Origin: an uncultured Gammaproteobacteria bacterium
GTDB lineage: Bacteria; Pseudomonadota; Gammaproteobacteria; Chromatiales; Chromatiaceae
Length of the DNA stretch: 64,000 bases
Assembly: GCA_963736445.1 (NCBI GenBank)
Contig: CAVTOY010000011.1
Span: forward strand, 6,339 to 70,338
Reading direction: 5' to 3'
The translations under genes were made by a program, and so were the position numbers. This document shows, piece by piece, positions 1-9,500 of this stretch. The stretch's first letter is position 1. Each line of letters starts with the position of its first letter. The notes under the pieces are model-generated. The model worked only from the letters and a program-made list of their open reading frames with translations. It had not been told where the DNA came from and searched no databases.

Positions 1-105
1 AGGGCCGAGTTATACGGATGGCTACGCGGCAGCCGCATGAACGGCGCGCCGGCGGCATATGCCGTCGACCCTGATCGAGGGTGCTCAATTGTCGGGAGGT
101 TGCCA

Positions 106-348
106 ATGACCGATCTTCATGCCCACCTACCCGATCCCCGTCAGAATCATCCGCTCGCTGCCCTGCCCGCAAAGGAAAGCGCCAGCCTGTTCCGCAATCT
201 GGAGCGGGTTTCGATGCCGCTGGGCGAATCGGTATGCGAACCCGCAATGCCGATGCGACACGTCTATTTCCCTACTACCTGCAGCGTGTCGCTGCTGTAC
301 GTGATGGAGGACGGTGCGTCGGCCGAGATCGCCCTGGTCGGTCGCTGA
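106..348 (+). pseudogene. Truncated Crp/Fnr-family regulator (N-terminal cNMP-binding part only, 80 aa)
   Basis: QNHPLAALP...MPLGESVCEPAMPMRHVYFPTTCSVSLLYVMEDGASAEIALVG is nearly identical to the N-terminus of the gene at 2992; it stops where the paralogue continues with NEG and has no HTH. Confidence 0.85.
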
Positions 349-695
349 ATCCGCGGTTCTTTTTTCTCAGCCTCTGCCCCTCCCGGAGCCGCACAACGGA
401 CCGCGACGCCACATATTGCGACGGCATCGCCGGAATTGTTGTTGCAACGCGGCGCTCCAACCTGAGTTTAATGACGCCCGCCAGTTTTCTTTCGCAATTC
501 CCGCATACAGTTCGCAGGTTCATTGGCGACGTCCTTGCGGCACTGCGACCACATCGACGACTGGGCGAATGACCCAGCCATCTTTTCGCCACGCCCTGAA
601 GCCTATAAGCTACCTCGAGATCGTTTCCGACGGGTAGCCCCATTCGACGTCGAACGGACTACCCGACTCCAAGCCGAGAACACCCGTATCATCGC

Positions 696-1556
696 CTAGC
701 CAACGACCTCACTGACTCTCAAAGTCACGCTCAGCGACGGATGCTCGTGACCGATACCGATATAGTCTCCAGACACTGGCGGTACCGCCTCCGGATGGCG
801 TGCGACGGCCACCGCAATATGCCGGTCACCAGCCAATTCACCAGTGGTTGGGTCGAAGCCTTTCCAACCAGCACCGGGCAAGTAGACCTCAGCCCAGGCG
901 TGAGTTGAGGCATTGTCAGTGTCGCCACCCCACGTGAACAGATACCCACTGACAAAGCGGCTTGCCAGCCCCAAATGACGGCATGCCTCCATGAACAGGG
1001 CCGCGAAATCTCGGCAGGAACCATTTTTTTGTTTCAGCGTAAAAGACGGCGATTGCACTCCCTGCTCTTCACGAATCCGGTAAGAGAACCCAGCGGCAAT
1101 CGCGTGGTTGACCCAGTCGAGCAATGTGAGTGTTTGCGTGGGCTGCCGCAACCCGAGGGCATCCAGCCATTGAGAAATCGCCGCACGGTCAGATGGATAT
1201 ACCGACTGCAGGAAAGGATCGAGTTCGATGCGATCCCATTCGGTATAGGCAAAGGGATGCATCACGGCGTAGTCGTCGAGCAGGAAGTTAAATGGATTCT
1301 CGTCGTAGTGCTGGATTGTTACCTCGCTGGCGATGCGCAACAGATTTGTCGGCTCGGCTACCACTACCACCCCGAGCGAGTTGTCCAGCACGTCGCGTTT
1401 CCACTGCAGCGTATGCTGTGGAACGATCTCCAAGGTCGAAAACTCGATGCGAACGTTGTGGTTCTCTCTCGGGCGCAACATCAGGCGGTGTGGCAAAAGC
1501 CGCACGGGCATCAAGAATTTGTATTCAGTCACATGTTGGATGTGCAGTCGCCGCAT
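696..1556 (-). CDS. Transglutaminase-like family protein (bacterial N-terminal domain plus catalytic core)
   Basis: N-terminal RLHIQHVTEY..PHRLMLRPRE; catalytic GSCRDFA, SRFVSGYL and HAWAEVYLPGAGWKGFDPT. Start placed at MRRLHIQH (ATG at 1556). Confidence 0.92.
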   Translation of the reverse strand: MRRLHIQHVTEYKFLMPVRLLPHRLMLRPRENHNVRIEFSTLEIVPQHTLQWKRDVLDNSLGVVVVAEPTNLLRIASEVTIQHYDENPFNFLLDDYAVMHPFAYTEWDRIELDPFLQSVYPSDRAAISQWLDALGLRQPTQTLTLLDWVNHAIAAGFSYRIREEQGVQSPSFTLKQKNGSCRDFAALFMEACRHLGLASRFVSGYLFTWGGDTDNASTHAWAEVYLPGAGWKGFDPTTGELAGDRHIAVAVARHPEAVPPVSGDYIGIGHEHPSLSVTLRVSEVVG

Positions 1557-2215
1557 TCGGTCATCTTGCGCCGAGTCAGCGGCACCCTCAAGCCGGACCG
1601 CTATTCTACGCCTGTCGAATAACGTCCGAAAGTTCATACTACGGCCATGCCAGCGCACTGCCAAACGACCGGTGCTGAACCCGTCCGGGTCGTTTCGAGA
1701 GATCGCTGTCGATGAGAAAAAGATAACTTGCTATTCCGCACAGAGAGCGTAGCGTGGAGATCACCAAGTCTTTTTGTCGGTTACTGGATACCCAGTGGCG
1801 CCAGACCCGACGGAGATGGATGGCGCCCATGGAGGGCGAATCGTGAACAACCCGCATTTCAGTGCTGCGACACCTCCACTCGTCCGCCCCGATTCGGCCC
1901 TTCCTCCAAGCCATTTTCGAAAGTCTTACCTGGAACACGGTCTTCCCATCACCGCACAAACCACCGCCAGAGCACTCAACAAGCACTTCTCTGGCGAGGG
2001 CGGCAGCAGATACCTGCGCCGACTGTTCAGCGAGCGGCCGGTCTTACAGGGCAACCGTCTGGCCAATCTGCGAACCCCGGCGTTGGCCATTGATACCCTC
2101 GTTCGGCACCAGCTATTGAGACGAGCCGTTTTTGGACGTTGTATGCCGACGCCATTCAGCGCAAGCGCGTTTCGGCAAAGATATTTTCTTCCACAATCAC
2201 CTGGAGTAGAGCGAT

Positions 2216-2347
2216 ATGTCCAAACACGAGAAATCCAATAGAGAAGCGAAAAAACAAGCCTTGCTGACCCCAAAGGAGAAGAAGGCCGCCAAACAAGCGA
2301 AGAAACATGCGAACGACCATCCTCCGCTGATCGTCAGAAAGCCATAA
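2216..2347 (+). CDS. Small Lys-rich protein (43 aa), not in the ORF track
   Basis: GGAG RBS at about 2203, then MSKHEKSNREAKKQALLTPKEKKAAKQAKKHANDHPPLIVRKP*. Confidence 0.7.
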   Translation: MSKHEKSNREAKKQALLTPKEKKAAKQAKKHANDHPPLIVRKP

Positions 2348-2427
2348 CCGACTCACAGGACCCGCCATCGCGGCGGGGCGCCTGATGACCGAAACTGCTC
2401 CGGCGCTGCGACAATGAGGAGTCCGCG

Positions 2428-2622
2428 ATGTATCGCCTGATGAAATCAGTAAAGTTTGTTCTTCAGCATGCCACCTTGGGACCCCTGTCATCCTATCGGC
2501 ACAGCCTGATCAGCCACTATCTGCAATCCCAAGCCGCCGTGGAAGCCTGCGATACTGCAAACAGGACGGGTCCGCATCGCTACTACGTGCTCAACGAATC
2601 CCGGCAAGAGCAGATCGACTGA
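2428..2622 (+). CDS. Small hypothetical protein (64 aa)
   Basis: Strong GAGGAG RBS before the ATG; same orientation as the upstream small gene. Confidence 0.6.
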   Translation: MYRLMKSVKFVLQHATLGPLSSYRHSLISHYLQSQAAVEACDTANRTGPHRYYVLNESRQEQID

Positions 2623-2804
2623 GCACGGCGGTCCTGCTGGGTGGGTTCCTGGAGCATGCGCAACACCGAGTACAAGCCCGTCAACCCGCGCTAATATGCC
2701 AACGCAGCGCCATTCTGGATCGCGAAGCATCCGCACCATAGCGGGGCCACCATAAGCGGGAAGCCTGCAACTGCCAGCTATCGAACCACCGTAGTGAGGT
2801 TGCC

Positions 2805-2820
2805 TGTCCGTTAGCGCATA
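2805..2820. promoter_or_regulatory. CRP-like palindrome TGTCCG-TTAG-CGCATA
   Basis: Same 16-bp geometry as the sites at 3775, 5614 and 16039; about 170 bp upstream of the Crp gene at 2992. Confidence 0.4.
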
Positions 2821-2991
2821 TTTCTGCCAGCCCGACGAATCTCGTCATTTCGCCATAACCCTGCGACTTCCTCGCACTGTTCTATCCAACTAGAATTACA
2901 TGTAGACCTTCTCACAGCAGGCACTCAGGGTTTTCGTCGAGGCACACCAGTAAGACCGGTTGGTGCGCGATCAAGCATAGGGAAGTCGCGA

Positions 2992-3725
2992 ATGACTGAT
3001 TCTCACGTCCCCCAACCTGATTCTCTCCAGAATCATCTGCTTGCCGCATTGCCGGCGAGGGAACGAGTACGTCTCTTTCCCCATCTGGAACTTATCCCAA
3101 TGCCGCTGGGCGAATCGGTATGCGAACCCGGCATGCCGATGCGCCACGTCTATTTCCCCACGACCTGCATCGTGTCACTGCTCTACGTGATGGAAGACGG
3201 TGCATCGGCCGAGATCGCCGTGGTCGGCAACGAGGGTATCGTCGGCATATCGGTGTTCATGGGCGGTGAAACGACGACCAGCCGGGCCGTGGTGCAGAGT
3301 GCCGGGCCACGCCTATCGCCTCGAGGGGCAATTGATGAAGGACGCCTTCTATCACGCAGGCCCGATGCAGCGTCTGTTGCTGCGCTATACCCAGGCGCTG
3401 CTGACGCAGATGGCTCAGACGGCCGTGTGCAACCGGCACCATACCGTGGATCAGCAGCTTTGCCGCTGGCTGCTGCTGAGCCTGGACCGACTGCCCTCGA
3501 ACGAACTGACCATGACCCAGGAACTGATCGCCAACATGCTCGGGGTACGTCGCGAGGGCGTCACCGAGGCCGCCGGCAACTTGCAGCGCGCCGGGTTGAT
3601 TCAACTACAGCCGGGGCAAGATCACCGTGCTGGACCGTCCCGGTCTGGAGGCGCGCGTGTGTGAATGTTACAAGGTGGTCAAGAAGGAGTTCGATCGCCT
3701 GCTCCCGCATACCATCGTCCGCTGA
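2992..3725 (+). CDS. Crp/Fnr-family transcriptional regulator with two +1 frameshifts (pseudogene or sequencing errors)
   Basis: cNMP domain to VVQSAG; frame change at about 3305 to HAYRLEG...TQELIANMLGVRREGVTEAAG (HTH); second change at about 3600 to NYSRGKITVLDRPGLEARVCECYKVVKKEFDRLLPHTIVR*. Confidence 0.9.
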
Positions 3726-3774
3726 GACTGCCGCTCGGGTTCCGCTGAGTTTCTCTTGTCATCCAAAGGTGTTA

Positions 3775-3790
3775 TGTGCGCTTCCGTACA
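3775..3790. promoter_or_regulatory. CRP-like palindrome TGTGCG-CTTC-CGTACA
   Basis: Near-perfect inverted repeat about 190 bp upstream of the repeat-protein gene; the motif recurs in this island. Confidence 0.55.
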
Positions 3791-3981
3791 GACGCCTGGA
3801 GAGACTACCGGTAAAAATATGATATCGCGCCCGGCCATGCGATCTTCATACGTACCCTCGGGAACAGCAGCACGACCGAAGAAGGGCGTCGCAAGATACC
3901 TCAAGCGCGCCATCTGATCTGCAGAGGGATTCGAGCTGTGAATTCTCTTCGGAGCAACTACCGACAAGAGGAAAATTCACC

Positions 3982-4611
3982 ATGAAAATCTCGATGCTCT
4001 CTGCTGCGATCGCAGCCTGCGTCCTGACTGCGCCGGTTCTGGCTGCACAGGAAGTACCCGCGCCCGCCGCGCCAATAATGCGTGGCACGACTGGCCCTCA
4101 GGCTGGTCCGGGTGTGACGGGCAGCCCGCAAGGTGATCCGCGCGCAATGGGCAGTTCCCAAGGGCACCCCGGCATGATGGGCAACCCGCAAGGCGATGCG
4201 CGCGCAATGGGCCGCTCCCAGGGTTACACCGGCTCGACAGGTCGATACCAGCAGGGTTATCCGGGCTCGACGGGGAGATACCAACAAGGCTATCCAAGCT
4301 CGACGGGGGAATACCAGCAAGGCTATCCAAGTTCGACGGGGGAATACCAGCAAGGTTATCCAGGCTCGGCGGGCGGATACCAGCCGGGTTATCCCGGCCC
4401 GACGGGTGGATACCAGCCGGGCTATCCAGGCCCGATGGGTGGATACCAGCAGGGTTATCCAGGCCCGATGGGTGGATACCAGCAGGGCTATCCGGGAATG
4501 ATGGGCGGGTCGCAGGGCTGGCCAGGGATGGGTGGTTCCCAGGGCTGGTGGCCGGACATGATGGGCGGTTCCTCGGGTTGGCCGGGCATGATGGGTGGTC
4601 GCCAGTGGTGA
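3982..4611 (+). CDS. Secreted low-complexity Gly/Pro/Gln/Tyr/Met repeat protein
   Basis: AGAGG RBS; Sec signal MKISMLSAAIAACVLTAPVLA; repeat variation falls mostly at synonymous positions in this frame. Confidence 0.85.
   Translation: MKISMLSAAIAACVLTAPVLAAQEVPAPAAPIMRGTTGPQAGPGVTGSPQGDPRAMGSSQGHPGMMGNPQGDARAMGRSQGYTGSTGRYQQGYPGSTGRYQQGYPSSTGEYQQGYPSSTGEYQQGYPGSAGGYQPGYPGPTGGYQPGYPGPMGGYQQGYPGPMGGYQQGYPGMMGGSQGWPGMGGSQGWWPDMMGGSSGWPGMMGGRQW
4246..4509 (+). repeat. 8 x 33-bp coding tandem repeat (YQQGYPG[S/P][T/M]GG-like), flanked by related 10-aa units
   Basis: TACCAGCAGGGTTATCCGGGCTCGACGGGGAGA-like units in tandem. Confidence 0.9.
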
Positions 4612-4944
4612 TCCCCGCGTGAAAGGTGCATGCCAGGGCCGGCTGTTGGCCAGGTAATCTCGAAATCCACCTGACGTATGCCAAGGTGGAAGCCGCAAGC
4701 ACGTCAAGGCGCCGACCAGCCAAGGGCAGCGCCCAGCCCGATTGCCAAGCACGGCATGTGATGTCGTCGCAGCCGGTGCAGCCGGGACTGGGTGAGTACA
4801 ATGATCAGGGGCTCAGGCGGGCTGATCCCCTGCTTCGCACCGGTCGCCGGCCGTTCCTTTCCTGCACAACTATGCCGACACGTCTATGCGCATGTCCAAG
4901 ATGGCGGGATGCTTCGATGGTTCAGCCTTCGCGGGGTTCTTCCA

Positions 4945-5175
4945 GCACCACCCGGAGGTCTCAATGCCAGCATTGAGAAACGCGTATGCCGATCCCCACA
5001 GGAAAAGGCGAAAGCGTCGATACAGTGCGTCTCCCCAAAGACGGATGATCTCGGCACGCGCAGTCTCCCGGTTCTCGGCCTTGCACGTCAGGTAATAGCT
5101 GTGCCGATCCTTGTAGACCGCCAGCACGTCAAGCGAGGTCTTGGCCACCGCGCCGAGAAAATCGTGCAGGCAGAA
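4945..5175 (-). pseudogene. C-terminal remnant of a cyclopropane-fatty-acyl synthase-like SAM methyltransferase
   Basis: LHDFLGAVAKTSLDVLAVYKDRHSYYLTCKA...WGDALYRRFRLFLWGSAYAF resembles the Cfa C-terminus; the 5' end is cut off at the MITE border. Confidence 0.6.
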
Positions 5176-5179
5176 CTAG

Positions 5180-5355
5180 CCCGCTTATCTCACCGGGTTT
5201 CGTTGCGAGGGCGGCGAGATGCCGCTGCGGCGGGGTGCACGCAATGAAAGACGGTGCCGGCGTAGCTGAAACTACGTCAAACCGGCTGTAACGAGTACGC
5301 CCCGTCACAGCGAGCATAACGACGTCCGCAGTAGGAAGTTGGTGAGATAAGCGGG
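5180..5355. mobile_element. 176-bp MITE-like element with 15-bp terminal inverted repeats
   Basis: CCCGCTTATCTCACC (5180-5194) and GGTGAGATAAGCGGG (5341-5355); internal hairpin GGCGTAGCTGAAACTACGTC; preceded by CTAG; no transposase. Confidence 0.75.
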
Positions 5356-5613
5356 AATGGTCGCCGGTACAGACATAGCGTGAGATGAAGGCGGGCTTTA
5401 CCTACTTTCCGCGAAACGCACTGACATCGAGATACTAGCGTCCACCCAGAGTCTTAAGCCGTTTGCGAAATTCAGCTTGCGCCGCTGCGCGCTCTCCAAT
5501 GCCTCGTCATCGCATTCGTACACTCGCCTCTTGCGATTGCCGTCGCCGCTGTCCCATGCGAATGGCTTGGCCCATGCCTGCGCGACACGCGTACTTGCAT
5601 CGCAGGCCTGCTA

Positions 5614-5629
5614 TGTACGCTACCGCCCA
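5614..5629. promoter_or_regulatory. CRP-like palindrome TGTACG-CTAC-CGCCCA
   Basis: Upstream of the Crp gene at 5772 and followed by GAC, as at the 3775 site. Confidence 0.45.
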
Positions 5630-5771
5630 GACCAACTTCAAGACTTTGCCGCATATTGAACATCGATCATGCCGGCGACGTCACGCGCCTTGGGTCGGCA
5701 TCCGACAGCGGGACTGACGTCGACTCCATTGCAGGTGCTGCTTGCCGGATCTCACCACCAGGAGAGTGCCC

Positions 5772-6476
5772 ATGCCACCCACCCAAGCTGCTGTCGGCAA
5801 TCGGCTGCTTGCCAGTCTGCCGCGCAAAGACCGTCAGCGCATTGTGGCAGGCTGCGAGCCGGTCGATCTGCCGATCGGCACGGTCCTGGCCGAACCCGGT
5901 GAGCGCATTCGCCACGTCTACTTTCCAACCGAGAGTTTCATTTCCCTGACCACCCCCACCGACATGGGCACTACACTCGAAGTGGGACTGGTCGGCAACG
6001 AGGGCATGCTCGGGGTCTCGCTGATCCTCGGCGTGGATGTCGCCCCCCTGCACGCCCTGGTGCAGGGCGAAGGAACGGCGCTGCGCATGAATACGGCGCC
6101 TTTTCGCCGTGAGCTTGGGCAAAGCCGCGCACTGGAACGCGTCATGAAGCGCTATCTCTACGTGCTGATGAGCCAGATCGCACAGACAGCGGCCTGCACC
6201 CACTTTCATCTGGTCGAGGCGCGTCTCGCGCGCTGGCTGCTGATGACCCACGACCGGGCGCACGCGGACGGGTTTCATGTCACCCACGAATTTCTCGCCT
6301 TCATGCTGGGCGTGCGCCGTGTCGGCGTGACCAAGGCCGCCGGCGACCTGCAGAAGCGCAAGTTGATCAGCTATCGCCGCGGTGATATCACGATTCTCGA
6401 TCGCAGCGGCCTCGAAGCGGCATCCTGCGGGTGCTATGCCGTCGACAGGGCCACCTACATCCGGATCATGGGTTAG
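5772..6476 (+). CDS. Crp/Fnr-family transcriptional regulator (intact)
   Basis: [47 protein letters not shown]-terminal SCGCY. Confidence 0.95.
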   Translation: MPPTQAAVGNRLLASLPRKDRQRIVAGCEPVDLPIGTVLAEPGERIRHVYFPTESFISLTTPTDMGTTLEVGLVGNEGMLGVSLILGVDVAPLHALVQGEGTALRMNTAPFRRELGQSRALERVMKRYLYVLMSQIAQTAACTHFHLVEARLARWLLMTHDRAHADGFHVTHEFLAFMLGVRRVGVTKAAGDLQKRKLISYRRGDITILDRSGLEAASCGCYAVDRATYIRIMG

Positions 6477-6545
6477 CGCTTCAGATCATCGACCACGACA
6501 CGGCCGTGCGAGATAGACCAGGTGAGTGGTCTGTCGCTGACTAAG

Positions 6546-9500
6546 TTACGCCGGGTGATGTCCCGCGACTGCAGGCACGTCGCAGACATCCGCTGTCGCG
6601 TTCACGAGCACCCTCACCGCGACCGCATGTTCCTGGCGATCGTCAACCAGGGGAATAGCTTGGCCGTCCAACTCGACGCCATCGACCGTCACGCTCGTCA
6701 CGCCGCCTTTTTGATCCTCGCCCGCAGGGGTCTGCGAGATAGCGATGTGATAGACCGTCTCGCGGTAACGGTAGTGGATCTTCAACCCTTCCCAATGCGC
6801 CGGCAGGCAGGGGGTGACGTGCAGCCTGTCCGTTTCCAACCGCAGGCCCAGCAGCGACTCGAGGATCAGCCGGTACATCCAACCGGCCGAGCCGGTGTAC
6901 CAGGTCCAGCCACCGCGCCCGGTATGGGGCGCGACCGCGTAGACATCGGCCGCCATCACATAGGGTTCCACCTTGTAGGTGGCGATGGCGTCCTGTGATT
7001 TCGCATGGTTGGCCGGGTTGATCATGGTGGTGAGCTTCCAGGCACGGCCGCTGTCGCCGAGGGCCGCGAACGCCATAGCCGTCCAGATGGCACCATGGGT
7101 GTACTGCCCGCCGTTCTCGCGAACCCCCGGCACATAGCCCTTGATATAGCCCGGGTCCATGTCCGATTTGTCAAACGGAGGATCGAGCAACTGGACAAGC
7201 GCGTGCTCACGGCGCACCAGATGTTCATCCACCGCTCCCATGGCCATACGGACCCGTTCGGCAGTGCCCGCCCCGGAAAGCACGGCCCAGCTCTGGGAAA
7301 TCGAATCGATCCGGCATTCGCTGTTACTCGCTGATCCCAGCGGCGTGCCATCGTCGAACCAGGCGCGTCGATACCAGGCGCCGTCCCACGCGTGCTGCTC
7401 GATGTTCTCGCCCAGGCGCCTGCCCTCAACCTCGCACATTTCGGCGAAAGCGGTGTCGTCGTGCAGGCGCGCCAGGGCGCCGAACCGGCGCAGCACCTCA
7501 AACAGGAAGAAGCCCAGCCAAACGCTTTCCCCCTTGCCCTCGATACCAACCCGGTTCATGCCGTCGTTCCAGTCGCCCGAGCCGATCAGCGGCAGGCCGT
7601 GAGCGCCAAACACGAGTCCGTGGCGGATGGCCTGCACACAGTGCTGGTAAAGACTTGCCGTGGCCTCGGTGTGGCCGGGCAGGTCGTAGTAGGAATCGTC
7701 CTCTGGATTGAGCGGACGCCCTTCCAGGTACCCAATGGGTTCATCCAGCACGCCGGTATCGCCGGTGCTCTGCACATAGCGGCAGGTCGCCAGCGCCAGC
7801 CAAAGGTAATCATCGGAACAATGCGTGCGGACGCCTCGCCCGGAGGGCGGATGCCACCAGTGCTGGACATCCCCCTCCGGAAACTGGCGGCCTGCGCACA
7901 GCAACAGTTGGGCGCGCAGCAGACGCGGCTCGCTGTGCACCAGCGCCATAGCGTCCTGCAACTGGTCGCGGAAGCCGAAAGCGCCGCCCGACTGGTAGTA
8001 GCCGCTGCGCGCCCACAGGCGGCACGCCAGTGTCTGGTACAACAGCCAGCCATTGGCCAGCACATTGAGCGACTGGTCGGGTGTCTCCACCTGCACCGCG
8101 CCAAGCGTATGGTTCCAGTACTGCCAGACCGCTTCCAGGGCACGCCGCGCAGCATCGGCGCCGCGCAAGCGATGCACCAGCTGGTGGGCGTCGTCGCCAC
8201 CGGGCACCCCCCCGAGACCGAGCCTGAAGGTGATCTGCCGCTCCTGCGCATCGGCCAGATCGAAGGCCACCTGCATCGCGGCACAGGGGTCCAGGCCACT
8301 GCCTATCCGCCCGGACAGGTGGGTGTACGTCATCGCCGCCGGGTTCTCCAGACTTCTGTTGCGGCCGATGAACTCGGCGCGGTCACAGCTGACGGTCCGG
8401 TTCGCGTCGTCCACGTCGAAAAAGGCGACCCGGTCGGGAAAATCGGTGTTGTAGGGGTTGCGCGCATAGACCGCGCCGCTGTAGGGATCGACCTCGGTGG
8501 TCACATGCATGGCCGATTTCGGCCGCAGGTCACCCAGCACCCATTCCACATAGCCCGTCGCCGAAAGCCGACGCGGCCGCCCGGAGGTGTTGCGCACCTT
8601 GAGCACCGAAAACTTGACCGCCGCATCCAACGCGATATAGACCCACAACTCGGTATGGATGCCGCCCTCAGTGTGTTCAAACACGCTGTAGCCGAAGCCA
8701 TGTCGGCTGACATAGGGTGTCGCACCGCGCCTGGGCAACGGCGTGGGCGACCAGAAGTGGCCGCTCTCCTCGTCGCGCAAGTAAAAGGCCTCGCCGCTCG
8801 CGTCGGTTACCGGGTCGTTGTGCCAGGGCGTCAGACGAAACTCGTGGGCATTCTCGCCCCAGGTGTAGGCCTGGCCGCTCTCCGAGAGGACGCTGCCGAA
8901 GTGTGCATTCGCCAGTACGTTGACCCACGGCGCCGGCGTGATCTTTCCGGGCTCCGTGGTGATGACGTATTCGCGCCCATCCGGGGTGAACCCGCCGATA
9001 CCGTTGGACAGGATCAGATCGCGCGGCGGCGGCTCGAAAGCGGCGGGCGCCTCGTCCTGTCGGGGTCTGCTGGGCGTGAGGCGCAGCACGCGCACCCCCG
9101 GCGGAACGGGGCGGTTGACCTGCTCTGCCAGGGTCCCCCGACTGTCGCTAAGGATGACGCGGGCGACCGTTTGGAACAGCGTGCGGTCCTCCTCCGAGAT
9201 CTGCTCTACCGAGCGCACGAAGATGCCGCCCGGCCGGTCCATCGCCTGGGTCTCCAGGCCCACCGCGACCAGGCCCAGGATCTGGTCCTGCAGCACCTGG
9301 CGGTAACCGGCGCGATCCTCGTTCCAGATCACCAGGTCCACCGCCAGTCCCTTCAGGCGCCAGTAGGCATGGGCCTGGATGAGCTGGCGCACCAGTTCGA
9401 TATTGGCCAGGTCGCCGATGCGCAGCAAGACGATCGGCAGGTCGCCTGAAATGGCATAACCCCACAGCCCGGATTGCCCGCGCCGGTTGCGCATGAGGAC

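Noticed and set aside
1774-2241. 155-aa plus-strand ORF upstream of the small proteins
   Set aside because: TTG start, no motifs, and it overlaps the better-supported 43-aa gene.
4246-4509. 33-bp repeats as a CRISPR array; antisense ORFs 3958-4752 and 3977-4801
   Set aside because: Contiguous repeats without spacers, with variation at wobble positions of the plus-strand frame; no cas genes.
7392-9449. 685-aa plus-strand ORF and other long ORFs antisense to cgs
   Set aside because: High-GC shadow ORFs opposite a clearly conserved gene; no recognisable motifs.
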